A stretch of 47,136 nt of DNA from the NCBI GenBank assembly GCA_943704425.1, contig CALSCP010000031.1:53380-100515 (forward strand). The letters are read 5' to 3'. This DNA comes from Ministeria vibrans ATCC 50519. Lineage: Eukaryota; Protista; Filasterea. The position numbers and the translations under genes are program-made. Position 1 is the first letter of the stretch. Every line of letters starts with the position of its first letter. Under the pieces are notes generated by a model. That model made no database searches and was not told where the DNA came from. It saw only the letters and a list, made by a program, of their open reading frames with translations. Positions 12,109-30,541 of this stretch are shown here, piece after piece.

Positions 12109-12513
12109 TTACAACTTCGCCGTGTGCTGGTCGAAAAACGGGATTAGTCGTGAGTTCTCAATGGCAGAGGTGCGCAAGCGGACGATCTGCTGGTACTCGG
12201 GGTCGTGCAGGAGCGCCAGGAAGGCGTCGCGGGTGCCATAGCGCACAACAAGAAACTTGTCCCACTGGGCGTCCAGGGAGACGTCGCCGATCAGCGCAAG
12301 GTGCGAGCCAAGACCGCGGGCGGGTACGCTCACGTCAAGCTTGAGTCGCTGGCACACGGCGAGCGTACGGCGCTGATACTCGTCGTATTGTGCTTTGCTT
12401 TGTTTGACGTCGGGTCGCTTGTACCGCAGCAAATTAAGCATCAAAATCGGCTTGTCGGCCGGCAATGTTTTGATCAGTTTCCTTTGCGCGTCAGTGGGAT
12501 TGACATGTTGCAT
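12109..12513 (-). CDS. DUF1330-like dimeric alpha/beta barrel protein with PTS1 (AKL)
   Basis: Intronless. Motifs PADKPILMLNLLRYK...LIGD...WDKFLVVRY..RDAFLALLHDPEYQ...RTSAIENSRL match the pattern of bacterial DUF1330 proteins. The C-terminus is -AKL. Confidence 0.8.
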   Translation of the reverse strand: MQHVNPTDAQRKLIKTLPADKPILMLNLLRYKRPDVKQSKAQYDEYQRRTLAVCQRLKLDVSVPARGLGSHLALIGDVSLDAQWDKFLVVRYGTRDAFLALLHDPEYQQIVRLRTSAIENSRLIPFFDQHTAKL

Positions 12514-12650
12514 AGTGAACAAAATATTTTGTAATTTGTAGTTTGGATAATTATATTGCTACTCTCTTTAAACTTTATTCACTATTCAGTCTTGTCTCCA
12601 ATCTCACGCATTCATATCGCACTGCCTTTTCTTCTGGTTAGAGTGTATTG

Positions 12651-13404
12651 ATGGGCAACCGATCGACAAAGAACGCAGCGGCGACCGTCGAGAATGCTGC
12701 CAAGACAGTGATCAAACCGCGCCCGCTGCCCACACCGCCCCCGCCCGCTGCCACCGCCCCGTACGCGCCGCACCCACCGGCCCTGTCGCTCGACAAGAAC
12801 ACCGATCTTGTCCGAAACATGTCGAGGCTCAGAATCGACGAGACTCGCTCAGTCTATCCAAACGTATGCGCAGCAGTTGAATATCAATCAACGAGTCATT
12901 GCGTATTCCGTCTAGAGTCACATTGTCGACCGCTCGGGACCCGCCCAGTCGAACCGCCCCATGCCGGACGAAAGAAGAAAGCTGTGTAGGGCGCAAGAGA
13001 GGATGCGGTGGCGCTCATTCGCTTTGCTTTGCAGTGTTTGATCCGGACAACATTGAGACTGAGCCGGGTTTCCTCAACGCCACACAGATCCGCGAGCTGT
13101 TTGCCCAGTCGCGCGAAGACCCTGCCAAGTGGACCGTCGGCCGTGTCAGCGAGCACTACGCTCTCACCGTCGAGCAGGCGGGTGCCATTCTGCGCAACTT
13201 CTCCGATTTTGTCATCAAAGACGTCCACGGCACGTACGCCACACACGACAGACACATCGCTGCGCTTGTCCGTGTCGCATCGACTAAAGTACCTTCATCT
13301 TGTCTTGTTTGCGCAGTACGTTCCGCGTCGCTCAGCTCAGGCCGGGTCAGGGTACGGCCATCGATCCTTTCAAACATAAGGTGGTGGCGAAGAAGGACGA
13401 TTGA
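12651..13404 (+). CDS. NDUFAF4: Complex I assembly factor NDUFAF4-like (UPF0240), about 4 exons
   Basis: MG- start; KNTDLVRNMSRLRI; RPMPDERR; PGFLNATQIRELF..DPAKWTVGRVSEHYALTVEQAGAILRNFSDF. Confidence 0.7.
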
Positions 13405-13461
13405 ATGTGCGCGTGTGTGTCCTGATATATGTTGTACAAACACTATGATACTGTTCATTGC

Positions 13462-15041
13462 TCAAACCCATACGGAGTATCCCTCTGCACGGGCATTGGC
13501 GTGGAAGGAGGTGAGATGGTGGGGAGAGCAAAGGTGTGCAATGAAGGGGAGTGTGCTGTGGAGCAGAGGGGCGTGGACAAGACGTGTAAGGTGGAAGTCG
13601 AAGAAGACGCCGTCGCAGTGGGAGCAGAAGCGGGGCTGGGCGAGCATAGTGCGGAGGTTGCGTGGAAGCCAGGGAAGTGCTGCCGCATCAGACTGGTGGT
13701 GGATGGAGAAGAAGGCTCGGGCACTGAGCTCGCGAAGCGACGCAGTGCTCTCCGAAGTGGTCGATGGGTGGCGCCACAGGGCACTGCGCGTCTTGGCCTG
13801 CGACGGCATGATGAGCTCATTGTCGGTGACAGTAATGTTGACGAGGGAAATGTGGAGCAGCTGGTATGGCAGGGATGTGAGTTGGTTGTGCGAGAGGTGC
13901 AGTTCACGCAGATGAGTGAGCGTCCGCCATCGCTCGGGCAGTCGCGTCAGCTGGTTCCCGTTCGCGTACAGTCGCTCAAGCTGTGTACACTGCCATAGTG
14001 ACGACGGGAGTGCAGTAAGAGCACAATGAGACACGTCCAGTGATACAAGTGCAGTCATGGCACCAAAGTCGCGCGGAAGCTCAGTGAGCCGGGAATTGCC
14101 TAAATACAGCTCCTCGAGAGCACTCAGTCCGGTCGCACTGGGAAACTCCTCCAGCGGATTGCCGTAGAGAGACAACTCGGTGAGCGCGTGCAACTGGGAA
14201 ATAGACTCGGGCAGTCGTCGAATGCGGTTCTCGGTGAAGATGGCCGTGTGCAATTGACTGAGTGCACCAATGCGGCTGGGCAAGCGCGTCAATAGGTTGT
14301 TGTTGGCACGCAACTCGCGCAGATTCAGCAGGTCGGCAACCGACTCGGGGAGACGCGTGAGTTCGTTGTAGTGCACGTAGAGCTGCTCGAGGGACGTGAG
14401 CAGGCCGATTTCGCTGGGGATCGATGTCAATTTGTTGTCGTTGAGTGACAGAGAGATGAGGTGTGTCAAAGCAAACACACACGGAGGCACGAGCAGGATC
14501 TTCAAGTAGCTCAAGTCTAAATCCTCTGTACCGGACGCCTCTGTGACAATGGACTCAAGGCGTGCATGGAAGTCGCCGTGGGAGACGCACAGGTTTGTTG
14601 GCTTGCGCAGACAGCACTGGCGGCACATCCGACTGGAGCACTACAGAGAGCAAATTGGGAAGGAAGGCGGGTCTGCTAGAGCATGCAAGCGGTGCTTCTT
14701 ACGGTTTGCTTCATCTCTCGCATGCGGCATTCGACGCACGGCTGGAGCAGAGGCACAAGTTTGATGTGCGGCAGAGGAGGCGCTTGCGCTGGTGCGGGAT
14801 GCGCCGCCACTGCGCGCTCGCGTCGTCTTTGGCGCCATCGACGGGTTTTCAGGGCGAGCGTTGAAGGGGTGGGCGTTGGGAGGCTGCGGGGCCGCAGAGG
14901 AGTCGACGCAGGCGAAGGGGAAGGGAGAGTCTTGCGCGAGTCGGAGGATGCGCTTCGGACGTTGACGACGGATGACGTGAACGAGACAAGGGCCAGGAGT
15001 ATCGCCACCAGGAGGAGGAGAGTGGTGACAAGGACAATCAT
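13462..15041 (-). CDS. LRR protein with N-terminal hydrophobic anchor, Cys/His zinc finger and LRRC58-like C-terminus
   Basis: About 10 LxxLxLxxNxLxxLP repeats. An intron at about 14641-14703 joins CVECRMREMKQT|CSSRMCRQCC..CVSH. Tail SLRELSAR..LPRNL..CSHCDGVFFD..LPFIAHLCSP. An extra upstream exon is possible. Confidence 0.8.
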
Positions 15042-15367
15042 CACCTGCACAGGCGGAGGAAGAGTGATCCGATTGTTCTGAGTCCTGAGAGTAAGAGTGA
15101 TCGCGAATGGAAAAGAAAATAATTACGGAAGAAATTTGCTAAGACAAATAAATAAATCAAGATATGAATATTAAAATACATGAGAGATTGCTCACTCGCA
15201 GTAGCGGTGAATAAGCAGTCGCCGGTCGGTAAGTGCCCGTCGGTCTCGCGTACGCCTAACGCCTGGTTCCGCCGTCCCACACGCAACTGAAGAAAATACA
15301 TTCAATTTCATAAAATTATTCATTTATTTTTCAATTTTCTCTCTTTTTTCCCTATAAATCGGGCACC

Positions 15368-17689
15368 ATGGCGGACACTCCGCCTGACAACCCTTTCGAC
15401 GACGAGCCCAGCCAATCAAACCCCTTCTCTGCGTCGTACCAGCCACGACAGTCCTCGCAACCCACAACACACTCCTCCACCGTCTCCGTCGCCTCCTCTG
15501 CCGCCGACGACCTCGCCAACCCCTTCCTCGCCTCTCCCGCACCTTCTCCGGCTCGTGCGGCAAGCGTTTCTTCGCACGAGAGCGACAATCCCTTTGAAAA
15601 ACTCCCCGACACTCCCCATCCCGCCACTCAGCCATCCCTCTATCCGACGATCCCTGTACGCACCCCGCCCACTCCAGTCCTCTCGCCAGCATCACAGCCG
15701 CCGCCCGTTGCCCCCAAAGAGACTGCTCCCAACCCGTTCGAGACACCTCCCGCTCCCTCCGCAAAGACCCTTCCTCCCACCGAACCTGACTTGGGCGCCT
15801 TGTTCGCCACGGCCGCGCGTGCCTCGCAGCAGCGTCTTGCTCCTGCGGGTCAGTTGGCTGCAGCTGCTCGGCCGCCGCAGCAACAGCGCCACCGTGTACC
15901 GCCCATCGGGGCTCCTCTCACCACGACAACCGTCAACAAAGTGCCCGCACCCGCTCGTCCGCCAGTGGCCACGGTCGCTGCACCACGACTCGGCCCTTCA
16001 CAAGCGTCATCTGGCCGTACGCGTCTGCATCCTCCTCCGCCTTCGTCAACGGCCCTCACGTCTGCGTTGCCGCGCGGCGTGTTTGAAGACATCCTTGGCG
16101 CAAGCGACGACGACGACAACGACGCCTCCTCGGAGAACGACAGCGACGACGACGACGCCAACAACTGTGTCATGGTCCCAGTCAACCCCACCGTTGACAG
16201 CGATGACAAAAAGGAAACACAAGAGATCGCACCGCCGCCACATCCACAAGTGGTTGCTCCTTCTCCCTCTGCTCCACCGCAAGCCAAGGTGCTCGACGAG
16301 CCTGAAGTGGACGAAAAGATCGACTACACTCCCACTGCCCTCCCTCCTCCGCCCTACTCCTTCATTGCACCCACCCAAGCACCCAGTGCACCCCTTCTCC
16401 CGGACCCTTCTTCACCCAGCACACTGGTCGCCGACAAGATTCCCGCCACCATCACCTCCACGTCAACCGCCGTTACCACAAACACAACGACCGAGCCTTT
16501 GCCCACTCCCGCTGCTCCCCCCCGCCCCCTTCCTCTCACTACCTCTTCTGCCATTGCATCGCTCCTTCGGCGTGCTCCCATCCAACTTGACTCCTTCCGT
16601 TCGCTCGAATCCAAGCAGGCGTTACTCAGCTGCGCCTGTGCCTCGCACGATGGCTCCACCATCACACAAGTGGTGCTTTTCCTACAGCGCACACTCGCCG
16701 CTTCTCTCTTTGCCTCCACGCTCACTGCCGCTCCACCCACCGCCAAGGCTCACTACTACGCACACCTCACCCGCCACGGGCATCTTCTCCAGCTCGAGAC
16801 GGTCCAGCGCTCTCTCAATGAACCTCTGTCGGCCGCGCTCACCATGCACACCCGTGCTCGTCTCCCCGAGACGTTGCCCGATGCCAGCGTATCCCTCCTT
16901 GCAGCCGCTTCCGCCCTTGTTGACCCCACGGCTCACTCGTTTATGCACCAGCGTCTCACCGACCATTGTGAGCTTCTACGCCGCCAGATCCCTCTCGAAT
17001 CGCAGGATGCGACTATTGCTCGTGAGGCTGCCACCACTGCCGCCGCCAAGGCCGCCAAAGCCGGCAAGGGGTCTGCCGCCGCCTCAATTATCGCCAACCC
17101 CCACGCCGTCCCGTCCAACGTGCTCTCCGAGACAGCCGCTCTCACCGCCCGTTTCCTCGCCCTGCCCCGTCCCCCCGCTCCCGTCTTGCCCCACGCTACT
17201 CTCGGTCAGACTCTCACCTACTGTCTGCGCTATCATTCGGGCCGCGACCCCGAGCGTCTTGCCTCCCCGGCCAACCTCAAGGCCTCCTTCCGTGTCTCCG
17301 ATGCTCTCTTTGCCCATCTTGCCCTCATCGAGTTCTGCTCCACTCGCAACTTTGCTGCTATTCAAAAGCTCTTTACTGTCCCCGGCTCCTTCTTCCGCTC
17401 AGCCTCCCTCAAATCTCCCATCGGCTGGGAGACCGTTGTGCGTCAGTGCGGTCGCGCGCGTGCCCCCACCAAATACCTAGAGCTCTTCATCCGCCAGCTG
17501 CCCACGCCCCTTCTGCGTGTCCAGGCGTGCGAGGCATTTCACGGGCTTGCCAACGTCGCCATCGATGCTCTCGTCGACCTGCGAGACCACCAACGTGCCA
17601 TTGAGTTCCGCGACCGCCGCAGAGCCAAAGGCGACGCTGCCGCTGCCCAGGCTGTTGACGCAGCCATTGCAGACGGGCGAATCAAATAA
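15368..17689 (+). CDS. VIPAS39: VIPAS39/SPE-39 (Vps16B)-like protein with NPF-rich N-terminus
   Basis: Signature LDSFRSLESKQALL..HDGSTITQVVLFLQRTL. C-terminal TLTYCLRYH..LASPANLKASFRVSD..LKSPIGWETVV. Confidence 0.75.
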   Translation: MADTPPDNPFDDEPSQSNPFSASYQPRQSSQPTTHSSTVSVASSAADDLANPFLASPAPSPARAASVSSHESDNPFEKLPDTPHPATQPSLYPTIPVRTPPTPVLSPASQPPPVAPKETAPNPFETPPAPSAKTLPPTEPDLGALFATAARASQQRLAPAGQLAAAARPPQQQRHRVPPIGAPLTTTTVNKVPAPARPPVATVAAPRLGPSQASSGRTRLHPPPPSSTALTSALPRGVFEDILGASDDDDNDASSENDSDDDDANNCVMVPVNPTVDSDDKKETQEIAPPPHPQVVAPSPSAPPQAKVLDEPEVDEKIDYTPTALPPPPYSFIAPTQAPSAPLLPDPSSPSTLVADKIPATITSTSTAVTTNTTTEPLPTPAAPPRPLPLTTSSAIASLLRRAPIQLDSFRSLESKQALLSCACASHDGSTITQVVLFLQRTLAASLFASTLTAAPPTAKAHYYAHLTRHGHLLQLETVQRSLNEPLSAALTMHTRARLPETLPDASVSLLAAASALVDPTAHSFMHQRLTDHCELLRRQIPLESQDATIAREAATTAAAKAAKAGKGSAAASIIANPHAVPSNVLSETAALTARFLALPRPPAPVLPHATLGQTLTYCLRYHSGRDPERLASPANLKASFRVSDALFAHLALIEFCSTRNFAAIQKLFTVPGSFFRSASLKSPIGWETVVRQCGRARAPTKYLELFIRQLPTPLLRVQACEAFHGLANVAIDALVDLRDHQRAIEFRDRRRAKGDAAAAQAVDAAIADGRIK

Positions 17690-17743
17690 ACCAAAAACCA
17701 AACCAAATTATTGTACATTCAAACACTTTCTCACACCACACTC

Positions 17744-22742
<4,999 letters not shown>

Positions 22743-22905
22743 TAGCCCTGGGAGTTCAACCAAAGCACAACTAAAAAGTGAGACCAGTCAACAAAGAATC
22801 CTTCGCTATCTTCACCGAGATGAAACCAAATAACAAGTACAAAATGAGAAAGATCTGTGATCACTGATCAGTCTTTGTCACGAAACTCCCGATTCTTACC
22901 ACATC

Positions 22906-26048
<3,143 letters not shown>

Positions 26049-26247
26049 TTTTTTATTACTGTTCATTCTATTATTTTGGGAGGTGGATTTGTGTTGGGTG
26101 TCTGTTGCTTGAAAGAGTCATAACAATTATTAATGATTAAGAACAAAAAAAGATGGAAAAGGGTTGGTTTATTCATATTCAACTAAGAGAGAGAAAAAAA
26201 AGAAAGAAAAAAATAGTGTAAGGCACAGGGAAAGAGAGAAAATGTGT

Positions 26248-26278
<31 letters not shown>

Positions 26279-26339
26279 AGTTGCATTGAGTGCAAGTGAG
26301 GGGGAGGAGAGACACACACACAAACATAGATAGAGCGTA

Positions 26340-27751
26340 TTACTGGACACCGTAAGGGCTAGGCTCGTCGTAGTCGTCGTCAAAGACCTCGTGAACCTTG
26401 CGGGTCGGGCAAAAGCGCTCCTTCATCTCACGGACAATAAGGCGCGACAAGAGAATGGCAGCAGCCGCATTCATGGACATGAGCATGATGAAAACGTTGT
26501 TCCAGCCGGCGTTGCTCTCCGAGTTGCTGCTGGTGAGCCAGCCGGTGATGAAGGGCCCCAGAGCAGCCCCAATCGACCCGGTGCCATCGATGATGGCCGT
26601 GACTGTCGACAGTGCCTTAGAATTACCCTGAGAGATAGATGGATAGATAGAGAGAGAGAGAGAAACAAAGTGATAGAGACAGGAGGAGGAGGAAGAAAAA
26701 ACAAAGTGATAGAAAGAGATGGAAAGAGAGAGAAAATGTGTGTGAGTAAAAGAAGAAGTGAGTCAGAGCGAGAGTGTACTTGAAGAGACGGATGTTGACC
26801 CAAGTCGGCTGAAACTGCTGTTGTAATCAGCGCATACGGTCCTAAGTGCGCAATACATACACACAAGGTTAAATCAATTTGAAACAGAGAAAAAAGGTGA
26901 TCGACAGAGAGACAGAAAGTATAATAGAACAAAGAAACGAGAGAAAGAAGAAAAACTGTCTCAGTCGTACCATTGACAAACAGACCACAGAGAAGCATAA
27001 GCGCAATGTTCACTCCCACTGACCCATTCGACAGTGTTCGGTAAATGTACAACATTGGAATTCCCACAATAAGAAAAACCCCTAATCACGATAATCAAAA
27101 AAATACCAATAGTTTAGACTTCAGACAATAAGATACTGTGTTTGTCTGTGTATGTACCGGAAACAGTCGCTCGAGCTTTGAGTCGATCTGACAGATAGCC
27201 ACAGATAATTCCACCCACAATACCCTGAACAAAGAGAGAAAGAGAGAGAGTGAAGGGAGTAAGAAACAAAGTGAAAATCAATGAATATCATCTGAAAGAA
27301 ACAACGAAAAGTTGAGCTTGTTTAAAGAGACTTACACCAACATCAAACATTGTAGACAGATTGCCACTCTCAGCCGGTGAGAGATACTTTCCACCAATCT
27401 CTATAGGGAGACGGAGAAAAATGGGTTAGAGAAGGGAGTGAAGCTCACCACACGCACTCACACAAAAGTAGCACTGATAGACAATGTTACACAAACAGAC
27501 ACACAAAGAGACAGACATACAGACACACTAAAATATAATAATCAAGAATGTGAACATACTGGTGTTGCTGATGTAGAAGGGAAGCCAATAGAGAAAGGTG
27601 TAGGCGACAAGCTTCGCAAAGAAGAGACAAAGGGCAAACTCCGCGACGCCCGGAATAAGCCAGGCCCGGAAAAAGTTGACGCTCTTCTTCTCGTGGTGCG
27701 ACACCCTCGAGTCTTCTCTTCTCAAGCTACACAGTATTATTACGCGACGTA

Positions 27752-27796
<45 letters not shown>

Positions 27797-28472
27797 TACC
27801 CAACTGTGGCTGAGTCCTGGAGAAGAGGTTCGTGCTCCTCAAGGGATGCGCCAATGTCGCCCTTGTCGAGGCCGACGTCTTCTGGGTGTGACGGCATGAA
27901 GAGAAAGACGAGAATGCCCGCCGAGATGATTATGATGCCCGGGAAGATAAAGGACCAGCCCCATGAGAGACTGAGCGCAGCAGAGCACACAAGCGACCCC
28001 AGAATGTTGCCGACGGACGTGTGGGCGTTCCACACGCCCATAATGAGACCACGACGCCCTTCGCCCACCCAGTTGCCAACTACCGACACCACCGAGGGCC
28101 AGCCGGTCGACTGGAAGAGCCCCGCAAACACTTGCATGACGATGAAGTAGCCGAGCGTGTGGATGTTCTCGAAGTAGCCCAAGCCAAAGCCAGTGCAGAA
28201 CACGCCGGACATCAGCATGCCAAAGGACAGAAAGTACCGCAGGTTGACGCGGTCGCCGATCTGCCCGGCGAAGAACATGCCAAAGGCGTACGCAAAGAGG
28301 AAGGCCGTGTCCAGGTCGCCCAGCAGCTCCTTGCCGTTGGCCCCGTTGAACGGCGCCCACCCGGACACCGGCACTGTCGCATTCCCCACAATCGTCGTGT
28401 TTCCATTCAGCGCAGACTTTACAATGCTCGTCGGTCTAGGCAGACGGCGGTGAGAAGCGTTTCGACAGGACA

Positions 28473-28513
<41 letters not shown>

Positions 28514-28961
28514 AAAAATTTTTTTTCTCTATTCTCGTGCAGTTGCCCCACACAATTGAGGGCACCTCCAAGGAAACAGACAACAACACACGTCCAGAAC
28601 GGTTCTGGTCAGAGGGCTGACCCAGCGTGCGGTGCGGATACGACTGCGTGTGGGAATGTCATCGGATGGGATTGCGAAAACTTACTTGCGACTGAGATGG
28701 TACGAAGCATAGGCGATAAAGGTGACGGTCAGGATCCACTACGGTTCAGCACGACGGACGGGATCGAGTTGAGGCAGACAGAAGGAGAGCGAGAGTCGGG
28801 AGAGAAAGAGAGAGAGAGGAGAGTCAGTCGCAGTCCTTCAACACCAACAGTGATCAACATACGAGACGGTAGCCGTTTGCGCCTCGCTCGCATCCGGCCA
28901 CCTGCACCGCTCGGATACCAATTGGCGTATGCTTGGTGTGGACACCGAGACCAGGTGCCAT
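26340..28961 (-). CDS. SLC37A: SLC37A/GlpT-family MFS sugar-phosphate exchanger
   Basis: Spliced MAPGLGVHTKHTPIGIRAV..YRL|WILTVTFIAYASYHLSRK|PTSIVKS..WAPF..LGDLDTAFLFAYA..GDRVNLR..QSTGWP..RGLIMGVWNAHTSVGNILG; FFAKLVAYTFLYWLPFYI; GPYALITTAVSADLG; TVTAIIDGTGSIGAALGP. Confidence 0.93.
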
Positions 28962-29212
28962 TTTTGCAAGAATTTGTGGATGTTCTGACTTCTGAGTGCA
29001 GACTGCAGAGTGAGTAGATATGAGTGATCACTGACTGAGTCAGTCTCGTTTACCTACTAAGTCGAGAGGTGATGATATTTGTGTTCTCTTACATAAATGA
29101 TAAATCATTATCAATAGTATTATCATTAATGAGTCATTCATCAAAATTGTCTCATTTCACTCATCTGACAGTTTGTAAGAGGTTCGTTAAAAAATTCAAA
29201 TCAAAAAATGTA

Positions 29213-30443
29213 TCACAGGGTATCGTCAAAGGAGTCGGGCATCATCTCACGCATGAGACGCAACTGCGCCTTAAAGTCACCAAAGTGCATGTCACGCGTG
29301 CCATCCCACTCGGAGGACGAGTCAAGTTCGTACGACCGGATGTACGAGCGCAACGGGTCCGGGATTTCATCTACAACTCGCACATGTAAGAAGATTGTAA
29401 ACACATATAATTACAATTATTATTAAAACTTCACAAAAACGTACTTCGCTCAATGAGGGACCTGCGTGTCTCACTGCTCTCCCACACCATATGGTCAAGC
29501 AGTTGAAGATGGAGACTGTTGTAGTCGGCGTAGTTGTGGGCAATAGAATGGATGTCTTCGATGTTGTACACAGCGTGAGGTACACCACCCGGAATGAACA
29601 CAAGCTGACCCGCCTCCTACACGCAGTCACACATTTAAAACAAAGCGAGAGACAGGGCGGAAAGGAAGGTGAAATAACAAAGCGATAAAGAGAGAGAAAG
29701 GAAAGGTGAAATAACAAAGTGGTAAGAAAGGATACACTCACAGCACAGGAAGTGCTTAAAAGACTGAGATCGCTTACCAAGACAGTGTCACAGACTTGAG
29801 CACGCGCGTAGAGCGGGAACTGCTTGAAGTCAACCTCATCGGCAAACACATCGAGCTTATAGTCACTGTGCTCCACGTCACGGTACAACAGGAAGTCCTG
29901 GTCACGCTTGAACACACGCCATAGCTTCTTCCCACTCAACATCCACATCCAGAACTGCGTGTGCCCACTGTCCGTGTGCAAAGCCGTCGTTGTGTCCTTG
30001 GCCCCAATAAACAGCGATGGCCATGACTGTGTGTAGCCCGCATAGCCTATCCATCAAACAAGGGCGTCAATGCCAGTAAAAATAAGACGCAACGTTTGTT
30101 ATCTACATTACCTTCAATGAGTTGGAAGTAGTCCTTTGAAAAGAACTTGGGCATAGTAAAGTTGATCCCGCGCACATCACCAAAGATCTCCGGACAATAG
30201 TTGGGCAGCGACCAGTCATGAAGGTACCTTGATACAAGAACGATAAGGAAACATGCATACACACATAGCTTCCTCGCTCTCTCTCTATCACTTTGTTTCT
30301 TTCTCCCTCCTTTCTCTCTCTCTCCCTATCACTTTGTTTCTCTCTCTCTATCACTTTGTTTCTCTCTCTCTATCACTTTGTTTCTCTCTCTCTATCACTT
30401 TGTTTCTCTCTCTCTCTATCACTTTGTTTCTCTCTNNNNNNNN

Positions 30444-30541
<98 letters not shown>

